IMG/VR virus record: IMGVR_UViG_2562617114_000001
Coordinates: 1-64,000 of that record
DNA: 64,000 nt
Origin: a virus
Taxonomy: Duplodnaviria; Caudoviricetes
Reading direction: 5' to 3' (one strand)
Shown here: positions 1-8,801 of the stretch, in pieces
How the letters are laid out: each line of letters opens with the position of its first letter
How positions within the stretch are numbered: position 1 is the first letter of the stretch
Program-made: the position numbers and the translations under genes
Notes under the pieces: generated by a model
Database searches by the model: none
What the model was told of the DNA's origin: nothing
What the model saw: only the letters and a program-made list of their open reading frames with translations

Positions 1-44
1 TCATAACCCTGAGGTCGGCAGTTCAATTCTGCCTCCCGCTACCA
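1..44 (+). tRNA. 3' half of tRNA-Met(CAT), initiator-like; probable attL core
   Basis: tCATaa anticodon loop, CCC stem side typical of initiator tRNA, T-arm GGCAG-TTCAATT-CTGCC, acceptor strand TCCCGCT-A-CCA; 5' half lies outside window. Confidence 0.85.
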
Positions 45-1602
45 CCTCAACAGCCGACAACTCAGGTCCGGCTATTGAGGACAATTTTCCCCTGATTTCG
101 TATTTATAATCGGCTCCGGGTCTTCTCGGATGCACTGTAATGCTGGTGACAATCTCTCTGATCATCGTGCCTGCTTCATGAGGAAGTTCGCCCAGCTTAT
201 TCTGTAGGAGCTCTGTGAGGTTTTGGATCACGTAGCGGAACCGATCTATGGCGAGCGGCTTCAGATACAGGACATTGGTGGTCGGCTCCGTGGTTGCAAG
301 TTCCGCTTTGATCCGGTCGCGTTCCTTCCGCAGCTTCGGCATGATGGCCGCAACGTCGTCATCTTCAATTAGGCCGCGCGAAATTTGGTCGACGATAGCG
401 GTGATGCGGTCTTGCACGTCAGTCAAGGCAGTCTCCAGCGTCGCGCGAGTGCCGCGCCATTCGGCTGCCTTGCGGCGGCTGTGGGCCTCATATTCAGTCA
501 AGAAACCGTCGATATATTTGGTGTCTGAAAATATGCTCCGGAGCCGGTCGACAACGTCGTCTTCGATTTTCTGGAGGTAATAACGACCGCTGTTCGCGCA
601 GTCGCCGGACTCCCGGTACCGACTGCACATGATGCGCGGGCCCGACTTGTCGGTGCTAGTCGTGGTCAATGCCCCACCGCACGATGCACAGCGCAATAGG
701 CCTGTTAGCATTCGCTTGGCCCGAGGCATGTACTTGCCGCGCGGACCGCCAACTGCTTCCTTGCGAGCCCTTGCCGCCTCATAGATCTCGTCGGAAACGA
801 CCCGCAAATGAGGGGCTTCCGAATATTCATATTCGTTGACGTCGTTTTCCCTGGAGACCCGTCGGCCCGTCGCAGGGTCTTTCACCATCCGCACGCGGTT
901 CCAGACCCGCTTGCCCACATAGAGCGGATTGCGCAGGATGCCGTGGCCTCGCTTCTCATTGCCGTTGATAGTCGAAGCGTTCCACTGCCGACCGCGGGGG
1001 GCGGGGATGTTGTCGTGATTCAGGATCGAAGCGATTGCTCGCGGGCTCACGCGGGCCACATAGAGATCGAACACTCGGCGGATTACTTCTGCTTCGGCCT
1101 CAACGATCCTTAATTCCCCCGGCTCACCGGGAACAGGTTCATAGCCGTATGATTTGCCGCCGGCATTGCGCCCCTCGCGGATCACGCCGAGCATGCCGCG
1201 CTTCGTCTTCTTTGCTCCTTCCTCCCGCTGCATCTGCCCGATAACGCCGTACATACCCACCTGGACGGTGTCCAACAAGCCGCCATTCACGCAGTTGATT
1301 GCCACACCGCGGAACTTCAGCGTTTTGTGGACATGGGCGAGATCGGCGATGTCGCGCGATATACGGTCGGGCGCTTCCGAAATGACGATGTCGAATTCGT
1401 TCCGCTCTGCCGCCTGCATGAGGTGAGCCAGCCCGGGACGGCCGAACATCGAGGCCCCTGATTTTGCCCGATCAGAATATTCACCTACGAGCTCGAACCC
1501 AGATCGTTCGGCATAGGCTTGGCAAAGCCTGATCTGGTCCTCAACCGATCTGTCGTTCTGGAGGTCGGTGGAATAACGGGCGTAAATGATTGCGCGGTTC
1601 AT
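1..1602 (-). CDS. Large serine recombinase (integrase)
   Basis: N-terminal YARYSTDLQ resolvase motif, DRISRD, recombinase domain, CxxC zinc ribbon (CASCGG), coiled coil; 533 aa. Confidence 0.95.
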   Translation of the reverse strand: MNRAIIYARYSTDLQNDRSVEDQIRLCQAYAERSGFELVGEYSDRAKSGASMFGRPGLAHLMQAAERNEFDIVISEAPDRISRDIADLAHVHKTLKFRGVAINCVNGGLLDTVQVGMYGVIGQMQREEGAKKTKRGMLGVIREGRNAGGKSYGYEPVPGEPGELRIVEAEAEVIRRVFDLYVARVSPRAIASILNHDNIPAPRGRQWNASTINGNEKRGHGILRNPLYVGKRVWNRVRMVKDPATGRRVSRENDVNEYEYSEAPHLRVVSDEIYEAARARKEAVGGPRGKYMPRAKRMLTGLLRCASCGGALTTTSTDKSGPRIMCSRYRESGDCANSGRYYLQKIEDDVVDRLRSIFSDTKYIDGFLTEYEAHSRRKAAEWRGTRATLETALTDVQDRITAIVDQISRGLIEDDDVAAIMPKLRKERDRIKAELATTEPTTNVLYLKPLAIDRFRYVIQNLTELLQNKLGELPHEAGTMIREIVTSITVHPRRPGADYKYEIRGKLSSIAGPELSAVEVVAGGRIELPTSGL

Positions 1603-1613
1603 TTCGTACTCAC

Positions 1614-1799
1614 TTAACGATGTTTTTCATACATATTGGAGGGCCTGAGGGAGGAGGCGTCAAGCTCAGCCTGATGGCGTGCGAGAATTTTGATCAGCTC
1701 CATCAGCGGATCTCGCTCCTTAAGGGGAGACGTTACCCCGGAATGCGTGGGGCGAGACGGCGTAGGTTTTGGTCGGTCGATCATCTCAAAGGTTTCCAT
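1614..1799 (-). CDS. Small protein upstream of integrase, candidate recombination directionality factor
   Basis: 61 aa, GGAG upstream, helix LMELIKILARHQAE, adjacent to integrase; function inferred from position only. Confidence 0.45.
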   Translation of the reverse strand: METFEMIDRPKPTPSRPTHSGVTSPLKERDPLMELIKILARHQAELDASSLRPSNMYEKHR

Positions 1800-1817
1800 A
1801 ATTGGAGGGGGTGACGG

Positions 1818-2075
1818 TCAGGCGTTGCCGACTGTCGGGTAGGTGAGAGCATCGTAAAGGCCCCATGTTTCCACGAGGCCCTTGGCGTATTCGAGATCCC
1901 CGATGGCGCCGAAGCGTCGGAGCTGCGTGGTCGGGTAATAGGTTCCGTCGATCGACCAGAAGACGCTGCCCACGGCAGCCTTACCGACAACAAACTGAAT
2001 GATGTAACTGCCGGTCGGGTAGCCGTCGCTGTCAACCAGCCGCATTGTCGGAGTCCATTCGCAGGCGTAGGGCAT
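1818..2075 (-). CDS. Hypothetical protein (start uncertain)
   Basis: Coupled to J-domain gene stop (TGATG). Confidence 0.5.
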   Translation of the reverse strand: MPYACEWTPTMRLVDSDGYPTGSYIIQFVVGKAAVGSVFWSIDGTYYPTTQLRRFGAIGDLEYAKGLVETWGLYDALTYPTVGNA

Positions 2076-2656
2076 CAGGCGCGCAGCTCCTTCAGCGCCT
2101 CGTCCCTGGCAACGTTGAGTTCGGCCATTGCCTCGGCACTGCCGCCGGCGTCAGGGTGAGCTTTGCGAGCCAACTCCTTGTAGGCTTGCTCGATAGCATC
2201 GGCCGAGGGGACGCCGTTCGATCCCTCGAGTCCAAGCACCTCGCGCCAGTTCTTCTTGGTCGGTGCCGGCAGAGCCAGCAGACCGGTGAAGGTGGCACGC
2301 ACGATGTGCAGGCCTCCATGGCGGAGTTCCGTCCGCCGGCCGTCGATGATGTGATAGATCGCCTGGACATTGTCCTCGACCTTCGGATAGCGATCGACGG
2401 CGATGCAGACTGACATCCCATCCCATGTGAACCAGACAGCAACGCCAGTGTCGGACGGCCGATCCTCGCCGAGTGTGACGTTCGAAGAGATCGTGATGTT
2501 CTCGACTTTTCTGCCGGAGTCAGCGGCGAACAGGTGCAATGACGACCGCACGTTCTTCAGAGCGCCTGGCAAGCCAGTCTTGAATTTCGAGGCGGTCTTG
2601 TTCTTGGTCCGCGGGATGTTGTGCGGCCAGGTGAGCGGGTAAGCGGTAGGTTCCAT
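2075..2656 (-). CDS. C-terminal J-domain (DnaJ-like) protein
   Basis: WREVLGL...IEQAYKELARKAHPDAGGSAEAMAELNVARDEAL, with HPD motif. Confidence 0.9.
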   Translation of the reverse strand: MEPTAYPLTWPHNIPRTKNKTASKFKTGLPGALKNVRSSLHLFAADSGRKVENITISSNVTLGEDRPSDTGVAVWFTWDGMSVCIAVDRYPKVEDNVQAIYHIIDGRRTELRHGGLHIVRATFTGLLALPAPTKKNWREVLGLEGSNGVPSADAIEQAYKELARKAHPDAGGSAEAMAELNVARDEALKELRA

Positions 2657-2657
2657 G

Positions 2658-3764
2658 TCAGATCACCAGGGTTAGATGTTCAGCCGCCCGGGTCGCCGCC
2701 GTGTAGAGCCAGCGATCGCGGTCTTCTCGGAATGCGCTGCTCTCGTCGAACACGCACACGTTCTGCCATTGCGAGCCCTGCGATTTGTGGCAGGTGATCG
2801 CGTAGCCGTATGTGAATTGCTGGGTGTCGCGCAGCTCCTTGAAGGGGATCTTCTGCGCCTCCACATCGTCGTCGAAGAACTCCTTGCGGACGGCTACCTT
2901 GATGGGGTCTTTCATTCGGTCAGGGTCGTCCGACATGATCGACAGGCTCACCGACTTCTTGAGCGCGCGGCGGCTCACGACTTCGAAGATTTCTCCGTTG
3001 GAGATCTTCTTGTCCTTGTCGTTGCGGAGGCAGATCAGCGGCTCGCCCTTCATCGGCAGGGGATCTTCCTTGCCGGCACGCATGCGTAGGCGCTTGTTGT
3101 AGGCCTGCCGCGTGCTGTTGCGCCCGACCAGCACTATGTTCGCGCCGGTGACCAGTTGAGGGTCAAGGTGCTGCCTGTCGGTGACGATCAGCCCGTCGGT
3201 GTTCATGTGCTCACCGCGGAACCTGCCCTCGCGGATCTGTGTGGCGAGCCAGACGATCGGGCTTTCGGCGGCCTGGCGGTGCACCTCCGTGAGGAGGTAA
3301 TCCGGCTTCTGCTCGGTGAAGTAGCCGCCGCCCTTGACCGGCGGGAGTTGCCCCGGGTCTCCAAGGACGATGACGGGCTTCCCGAACGAGAGAAGTGCCT
3401 TGCCAACTTCCTCGTCTACCATGGAGCACTCGTCGATGACGATCAGCTTGAACTTGTCGAGCGCATCCGGTTCTCGGAGGGTGGTTTCCAAATCGCCGGT
3501 GACCGGGTGGATTTCGGTCTTGTAGATCAGCGAGTGAATGGTGCGGGCGCCTTTGCACCCCTTCTGCCGCATGACGCTGGCGGCCTTGCCGGTGTAAGCC
3601 GCGAAGGCGACCCTACCGTCGACGTGCTCGGCGAGATGCATGGCGAGGGTGGTCTTGCCGGTACCGGCGTAACCGGACAGGTAGAAGGTGGGCTTGTAAC
3701 GCATGCGCAGCCAAGCGCCGGCAAGCGAGAGGGCTTCATTCTGTTGAGGACTCCATTGGGTCAT
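2658..3764 (-). CDS. RecD/Dda-like SF1B DNA helicase
   Basis: GYAGTGKT Walker A, IDECSM, GDPGQLPPV, HRQA, YAITCHKSQGSQW, YTAATRA. Confidence 0.92.
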   Translation of the reverse strand: MTQWSPQQNEALSLAGAWLRMRYKPTFYLSGYAGTGKTTLAMHLAEHVDGRVAFAAYTGKAASVMRQKGCKGARTIHSLIYKTEIHPVTGDLETTLREPDALDKFKLIVIDECSMVDEEVGKALLSFGKPVIVLGDPGQLPPVKGGGYFTEQKPDYLLTEVHRQAAESPIVWLATQIREGRFRGEHMNTDGLIVTDRQHLDPQLVTGANIVLVGRNSTRQAYNKRLRMRAGKEDPLPMKGEPLICLRNDKDKKISNGEIFEVVSRRALKKSVSLSIMSDDPDRMKDPIKVAVRKEFFDDDVEAQKIPFKELRDTQQFTYGYAITCHKSQGSQWQNVCVFDESSAFREDRDRWLYTAATRAAEHLTLVI

Positions 3765-3910
3765 GGCGCCCCCGCATAGATCAGTAGCACGAGGCCGAGG
3801 AAGACGACGGTGAAGACAATGGCGCCGCCCTTGATCCCGCCAAGGTTCGGGAACGCCCTATGCAAGACGAAAGCGAAGACAGCGCCGAGTACGAGAAGAG
3901 CAAAAAGCAT
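3761..3910 (-). CDS. Small two-helix membrane protein (49 aa, not in ORF track)
   Basis: Own translation MLFALLVLGAVFAFVLHRAFPNLGGIKGGAIVFTVVFLGLVLLIYAGAP; ATGA overlap with helicase start. Confidence 0.7.
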   Translation of the reverse strand: MLFALLVLGAVFAFVLHRAFPNLGGIKGGAIVFTVVFLGLVLLIYAGAP

Positions 3911-3911
3911 G

Positions 3912-4370
3912 TCAGACTCCTGTGAGTGGTGCGTCCATTTTCAGGACGGGGACGAACCAGTTGATTCGGATGTTCTTCTGGTCACCGAAATCTTTTGCCT
4001 CAAATTCCCCGACGATCCAGGTTGGCTTTTCGCACCGCCGGTCATAGGCTCCATCCTGCCGGCGCCACCGCTTCCCGCCTGTCGTGCCGGTCGGAAGAGT
4101 GGCGCTGTATTCGGGTAAGGCTTCGAACTCCGCCTTGGTCAGGTGCAGCGGAGGGAGGCTGGCGTAATCGAAGCCGTGGCTGTTGCACTCACGAGCGTCC
4201 TTGCACATCTCCCTGTGCAGCTTCGCGTGGTCGTTGTCGCCGTAGTCCGAATCTCCACACTCCCTGCAGCTGTAGACCGGGATTGAACAGGCCGCGTCCG
4301 GATAGCATCCGCAGTTGGCGCCGCCGAGGATGACCATTAGGTGGCCGTTGGCGCAGTAGCGTTCGGTCAT
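3912..4370 (-). CDS. Cys-rich hypothetical phage protein
   Basis: 152 aa, several C/H pairs, ATGA-coupled. Confidence 0.7.
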   Translation of the reverse strand: MTERYCANGHLMVILGGANCGCYPDAACSIPVYSCRECGDSDYGDNDHAKLHREMCKDARECNSHGFDYASLPPLHLTKAEFEALPEYSATLPTGTTGGKRWRRQDGAYDRRCEKPTWIVGEFEAKDFGDQKNIRINWFVPVLKMDAPLTGV

Positions 4371-4600
4371 TTCTTTTTCCCCTTCTCGATTGGCTCCAGG
4401 ACCAAACGGTATCCGAGCTCGTTCGCCATCTCCTCGACGTCCATGATGCTTGGGCTGCGGTAGCCGTGGCGCCAGTGGCGAACGGCGTTGAAATGGCGAT
4501 TGATGCGGAAGGCCATGGCCTTGAGGCTGATCTTGCGGGCGCCCATCTCTGTGAAGAGCGCCTTCAATATTGGTGATGCCGTCCTTGGCTCTAATGTCAT
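4367..4600 (-). CDS. XRE-family HTH protein
   Basis: ISLKAMAFRINRHFNAVRHWRHGYRSPSIMDVEEMANELG. Confidence 0.8.
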   Translation of the reverse strand: MTLEPRTASPILKALFTEMGARKISLKAMAFRINRHFNAVRHWRHGYRSPSIMDVEEMANELGYRLVLEPIEKGKKK

Positions 4601-4806
4601 TTTATTGGCACCTCGAGGCCGTGCTGATTGATGAGCTCGGCGAGCCGGCGGGCGATCGCGTGGGTCTGTTCTTTCGAGATACCGTTGGTGGTACCCATCA
4701 GCGCGATCTGAAATTGTGCTCGGCCTTGGGCGTCGAGCAGCAGCAGGCCACCACCCACGATGCCGGAGTAGGGGATGATGCGGGCGTCGACCTTCATTGT
4801 GGTCAT
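4597..4806 (-). CDS. Hypothetical protein
   Basis: ATGA overlaps at both ends. Confidence 0.65.
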   Translation of the reverse strand: MTTMKVDARIIPYSGIVGGGLLLLDAQGRAQFQIALMGTTNGISKEQTHAIARRLAELINQHGLEVPIK

Positions 4807-5276
4807 GCGAAAATCCTCCAGATGCCGTAGGCTACGAGCGCGATTGCTGCCCACAGACCAATTGAGACGAGGAACGCTGGCCGGAAGCGCCTGACAGGGA
4901 CGGTGATCGCCTCCTCAGTCTCCCTCAGCTTTTTCGTGAGATCGTTTTGGCTCCGCACCCGTCTGATGGCGATGTCGATGTCAGCGGGGTCGAGGTTCTG
5001 GATGACCTGAAGATCCACCGAGCTGATCAGCACCTTGTGGTCGACGGCTGCCTCGCACATCGTTCTGATCTCTGCCGCCTTCCTCAAACGCGGCCGCAAT
5101 GGATCGCCCATGGTAACCGCTAAGAGACCGCGGCCGCCGATCGAGCGCCATTCTTCAGTGGCTTCGTCGTAGTCGGATTTGTGTTTGCTGAAGGCGAAAA
5201 GGAACGGGTCGATCTTCGACAGCAGATCGTAGGTCGAAACCCATGCCATGGCGGACAATGCAGCGGTGCCGGTCAT
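4803..5276 (-). CDS. Hypothetical protein with C-terminal TM helix
   Basis: FLVSIGLWAAIALVAYGIW tail; ATGA-coupled. Confidence 0.7.
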   Translation of the reverse strand: MTGTAALSAMAWVSTYDLLSKIDPFLFAFSKHKSDYDEATEEWRSIGGRGLLAVTMGDPLRPRLRKAAEIRTMCEAAVDHKVLISSVDLQVIQNLDPADIDIAIRRVRSQNDLTKKLRETEEAITVPVRRFRPAFLVSIGLWAAIALVAYGIWRIFA

Positions 5277-5440
5277 GCTGCACCGCCCTTCAGGCGCTTC
5301 ACCTTGTCGATGATGATGCGCGGGTAGCGCTGCTTGAAAATGTCCCGGGCCTCGTTCGGGTCTTTGGCTTCGATGTCGATGTGCCCGCCGCCGTCGTAGT
5401 GGACGCGGAACAGGGTCAGTTCCTCAGTTTGAGATTTCAT
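5273..5440 (-). CDS. Hypothetical protein
   Basis: MKSQTEELTLFRVHYDGGG; ATGA-coupled. Confidence 0.65.
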   Translation of the reverse strand: MKSQTEELTLFRVHYDGGGHIDIEAKDPNEARDIFKQRYPRIIIDKVKRLKGGAA

Positions 5441-5862
5441 TTCGGTTCTCCGGGTTTCGCATATTTGCGGGGTTGGAAGGGACGGGAGGGCCACTTGCTC
5501 TTGCGTGGTGGCGGCTCTTCGCCCTGGTCCTTCGCCAACAAGCGGCGTCGGAAGTTCTCCTCTGAGTCAGAGACTCGGTGCATTTTTGCGATTTTGCCGA
5601 CGTCGCCGTCTGCGGTAGTGATCCGTTTCTCCCCGCCGCGCCCAAAGGTCTTTTCCTTGTGCTCGGCGAGAAGCAGCATATCGATGTGGTCCGGGTCGTT
5701 GGCTGGTGGGACCGTGTCACCTGTATGTGGATTGATGGGCCGGAGCGCGAGTGCCGGGTTGTGGTCGAACTGAACGTCAGCGACGCTCAGTCCGAACCTT
5801 CGGAGGGCAGCTATGAGTTTGACGCGGTCCGGTATCGCTTTGCGCTTTACCTTCTCTCGCAT
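5437..5862 (-). CDS. Degenerate HNH-like protein
   Basis: VQFDHNPALALR...AND..H...HKEKT pattern. Confidence 0.55.
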   Translation of the reverse strand: MREKVKRKAIPDRVKLIAALRRFGLSVADVQFDHNPALALRPINPHTGDTVPPANDPDHIDMLLLAEHKEKTFGRGGEKRITTADGDVGKIAKMHRVSDSEENFRRRLLAKDQGEEPPPRKSKWPSRPFQPRKYAKPGEPK

Positions 5863-5867
5863 CCGTC

Positions 5868-6065
5868 TCAGAGCCGCCCGCCTCCGTTCTGGTAATTATT
5901 GAGGAGGTTGGCGATGGTCTCCGCCTTGCTCGGGTCAACCATGTGGCAGACCACGCCCTCTTCGTTACCCTCCAAGATGTGCCGTCCGGTGACGCGTGAC
6001 TCGACCACGTAGGTCTGGTCTTCATCGGAGAGGTGGATAGTAATCGTCTTATAGCGCGCCTCCAT
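5868..6065 (-). CDS. Hypothetical protein
   Basis: MEARYKTITIHL with GGAGG RBS. Confidence 0.6.
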   Translation of the reverse strand: MEARYKTITIHLSDEDQTYVVESRVTGRHILEGNEEGVVCHMVDPSKAETIANLLNNYQNGGGRL

Positions 6066-6067
6066 GA

Positions 6068-6427
6068 TTACGCCTCCACAACAGGGGTTTCGGTGGCTTT
6101 GCCCTGTTCGGGCTCGAGCGGCTTCAGCTTGCGGGTCAGGTGAACCGCCTTGAGGGAGGCGAAGCTGCCGCTCTCGTCGCGAACCCACACCATTTCGTCG
6201 TGGACCGCGAGCACCGTGACCTTCTCGAGTTCCTTCCCGTCGATGCCAGCGGGGCGCCAGGCCTCATCGCCAACCGCGAAGAATGGGCGGACCAGCTTGA
6301 GCTCGTCGGCAGTGACCGCAAAGCCTTGGTATTGCACGTCGACATAGACACTTTCTGGCTTTGACTGATCGTACTTCACGACACCTGGCACCAGGACCAG
6401 GTCACCTTTGCGAAATTGCTGTTGCAT
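6068..6427 (-). CDS. Hypothetical protein (tandem SH3/KOW-like beta motifs)
   Basis: FRKGDLVLV and FAVGDEAW repeats; GAGGAGG RBS. Confidence 0.65.
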   Translation of the reverse strand: MQQQFRKGDLVLVPGVVKYDQSKPESVYVDVQYQGFAVTADELKLVRPFFAVGDEAWRPAGIDGKELEKVTVLAVHDEMVWVRDESGSFASLKAVHLTRKLKPLEPEQGKATETPVVEA

Positions 6428-6437
6428 AATCGCCTCC

Positions 6438-7166
6438 TCAAGCGAACGGTGTGCCGGCCAAGCCGCGCGATTGGTTGAGCCAGTGACGGGCGGTGTGCTT
6501 GGCCTCCGCATCGATGTGTGCCGCCTTGTTGACGCACCAATCGAGAAAGCCGAAGTCCATCTCCTCCCACGTTTTCCCGTAGTTTTGGCCGAACCTGACG
6601 GTGAGCTGCAGAACCGGAGCGCCGGTTAGCTCGATCAGTTTTTGCGGATGCTTCATCAGCATCTGCCGCGCGAGTATGTGCGCCGTTACGTAGCAGTCTG
6701 GACCGGCACGGTGCGGGGGGAGCGTCAGCTCGGACCGCGCAAAGTCTTCCTCGAGGTTGAGGTAGTACCGGAGGGCTTGGTTGGAAAAGCTGGGCGCGTC
6801 AGGCCACAAGTGCTTGGCGCACTTCATTGTGCAAATCCAGGGGAAGGCCCCGCCGGCAAAGAACGACCGCTCGAACTCTGCATGGTGAGCGCAGAAGATG
6901 TCGCCGGGCTCCATGCCGTCCATCAGGATCATGCAAGCCTTGCCAGGGTCGATCGCGCCGGCGACCATGTCATCGCTGATATGATGAACTGCCCGAGCTT
7001 CGGGCGGGATGGCGATTCCGGGATTGACGAGCATGGTCGTCGGGCGGGAAACGATCCCTGCCTCATCGACGTCGCAAAACGCGGCCTCGACAATGCCCAC
7101 GGCCTTTCCTCTTTGGCGATCTTCCGGCGTCCCGGTAGTTTCGAAGTCAACCACGCGCAATTTCAT
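6438..7166 (-). CDS. DnaQ-like 3'-5' exonuclease (ExoX-like)
   Basis: VVDFETTG, AHHAEFE, WICTMK, HRAGPD DEDDh motifs. Confidence 0.92.
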   Translation of the reverse strand: MKLRVVDFETTGTPEDRQRGKAVGIVEAAFCDVDEAGIVSRPTTMLVNPGIAIPPEARAVHHISDDMVAGAIDPGKACMILMDGMEPGDIFCAHHAEFERSFFAGGAFPWICTMKCAKHLWPDAPSFSNQALRYYLNLEEDFARSELTLPPHRAGPDCYVTAHILARQMLMKHPQKLIELTGAPVLQLTVRFGQNYGKTWEEMDFGFLDWCVNKAAHIDAEAKHTARHWLNQSRGLAGTPFA

Positions 7167-7495
7167 GGCCTCACCTCCACTGCCAGAGCATCGGCCATGA
7201 CTGCGGCCTGCAGCTGCTCCTTGGCAGCCTGGAGGTCGTCGAGGGCCCATTTGGCGAGGCCTTTCAGGAGCGTCTCGCCCGGGAAGTGCTCCCGCGCCAG
7301 GGCCTCGATGGCATCCTTCATGGTGTAGTCACCGTGGTCGACGTGGATCGACATACGGTACCGGCCGCCTTCTTTTTCGAACCGGTGCACCGCATCAAGG
7401 ACGCGCTCCTGTCGCGCGACCTTCTCGGTGAGTTGGAATATCTCTTCTGTGTATTTTCTCACGATTAAATCCTCTGCCGTTTCACTCCCCAGCAT
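7163..7495 (-). CDS. Hypothetical coiled-coil protein
   Basis: 110 aa, ATGA overlap with exonuclease. Confidence 0.6.
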   Translation of the reverse strand: MLGSETAEDLIVRKYTEEIFQLTEKVARQERVLDAVHRFEKEGGRYRMSIHVDHGDYTMKDAIEALAREHFPGETLLKGLAKWALDDLQAAKEQLQAAVMADALAVEVRP

Positions 7496-7547
7496 TCGCG
7501 CTGAGGTTTACGGAGCCCCTTGCAAGGGCTCCGATTTCAATTCAGGG

Positions 7548-8801
7548 TTAGGGGTATTTGCCGACATTTAACTTTTCGACATCGAGCAGGGACTTGATTT
7601 TGTGGACGAACATGGCGTGCTCGCCGGCCCACGCCTCCTCCTTCACCTGCTGCTGGATCGCCCAGTCGGACATGTCGATGCAGGCCTTTAGCAATGGATG
7701 CGTGTAGGCGGGTGTCGCTTCTTTCCAGTCGACCGCCGCCTGCTTGAGCACGCCGCGCCGGCCGCGAGGATCGAGATCTGGCAGGAGGGCAACGCCGAGT
7801 AGCTTCTCGGCGGCTTCAGCGGCTTTCGCCTTGTCCGCGGGGAAGACATCGACTTCTGGGACCGCTGGTGGCACCAAGTCCTTCTTGGTCTCGGTTTTGG
7901 TCTGCTGGGTGTTCCCGGCGTCTTTGTTCTCTGGCTGCCGCTCCTGCTTCCGCGATGCCCTCCCGTCGCCGGTGTTGTTGATCCGCTGCTGGCGTGGCTC
8001 CTGCTGGCTGCCCGCGGGCTGCGTCTCCCGCGGCTGCTGCATTGGGGGCTGCTGCTTGTTCTCGATCGATGGCGTGGCGTTGCCTTCGATGACTTCGCCC
8101 GTGAACGGGTTGGTCCGCTCGACCACGCGGTTCGGTGTGAAGTCGAACAACTCGTCCTGGCGCTCGAGGAGCGCGCGGATCTTGTCGTTGTTGACCGAGA
8201 TATACTTGGCGCCGCGCCGGAGCACGGCCTTCTTGTACATTTCATTCGTCCAGTTCTTCCAGGCAGGCGAGTCGGGCGCCTTCGAAGCCTTCCGAACGTT
8301 CTCAAAGTCGACGATCGACATGGTCTCGAGGTGCATGACCCGCTTATGCTCGTCTCGGAAGACAACGTAGCCGCCGACCACCTTGCCGCGGTCGGTAGCG
8401 AACCGGTCGGACACATGGGAAAGGGAGTCGGGATCGGACTCGTCCAGCGTGAACACGTCCTTCTCGAAGACGAGGTTACAGACGATGTTGAAGACGCCGC
8501 CGAGTTCCTTCATCCGTTTGATGATGCCTTGCACCATCGGCTGATACTGAAGCTCACCCTTGTAGGGGATCATGGCGGCTTCTTTGTTGTCCGGCACGAG
8601 GCCGTCGGCCGCGCACTTCGAGATCTCGCGTTTGATACTGTTCTCGGAGCACTTGAGAATGTCCGGGTTCTGCTGAACGGCGATCATGAAGACGGACCGG
8701 AGGCGGTCGAAGCTCTTGCCGCTGTCTAGTACAAGCGGCTCGAGTTCAACGCGCAGGCCGTCGATCAGGCGGCCAGCTTCAACGGTTGTTAGGCTGTTCA
8801 T
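7548..8801 (-). CDS. recT: RecT-family single-strand annealing protein with long low-complexity linker
   Basis: AADGLVPD..EAAMIPY..ELQYQPMVQGIIK, W..WTNEMYKKAVLRR. Confidence 0.88.
   Translation of the reverse strand: MNSLTTVEAGRLIDGLRVELEPLVLDSGKSFDRLRSVFMIAVQQNPDILKCSENSIKREISKCAADGLVPDNKEAAMIPYKGELQYQPMVQGIIKRMKELGGVFNIVCNLVFEKDVFTLDESDPDSLSHVSDRFATDRGKVVGGYVVFRDEHKRVMHLETMSIVDFENVRKASKAPDSPAWKNWTNEMYKKAVLRRGAKYISVNNDKIRALLERQDELFDFTPNRVVERTNPFTGEVIEGNATPSIENKQQPPMQQPRETQPAGSQQEPRQQRINNTGDGRASRKQERQPENKDAGNTQQTKTETKKDLVPPAVPEVDVFPADKAKAAEAAEKLLGVALLPDLDPRGRRGVLKQAAVDWKEATPAYTHPLLKACIDMSDWAIQQQVKEEAWAGEHAMFVHKIKSLLDVEKLNVGKYP

Noticed and set aside
1-44. Complete functional tRNA gene
   Set aside because: Only the anticodon loop to CCA is in the window; the D-arm and 5' acceptor strand cannot be seen.
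1818-2075. Tenth member of the small paralogue family (TQLRRF)
   Set aside because: Only a partial match to the beta motif and no C-terminal IA..A..L helix.
3761-3910. Holin call for the small two-TM protein
   Set aside because: Lies in the early recombination arm with no endolysin nearby; lysis genes probably lie beyond the window.
7512-7532. Hairpin GGAGCCC-N7-GGGCTCC after recT as a terminator
   Set aside because: No U-tract on the coding strand; may be a stabilising hairpin but cannot be assigned.
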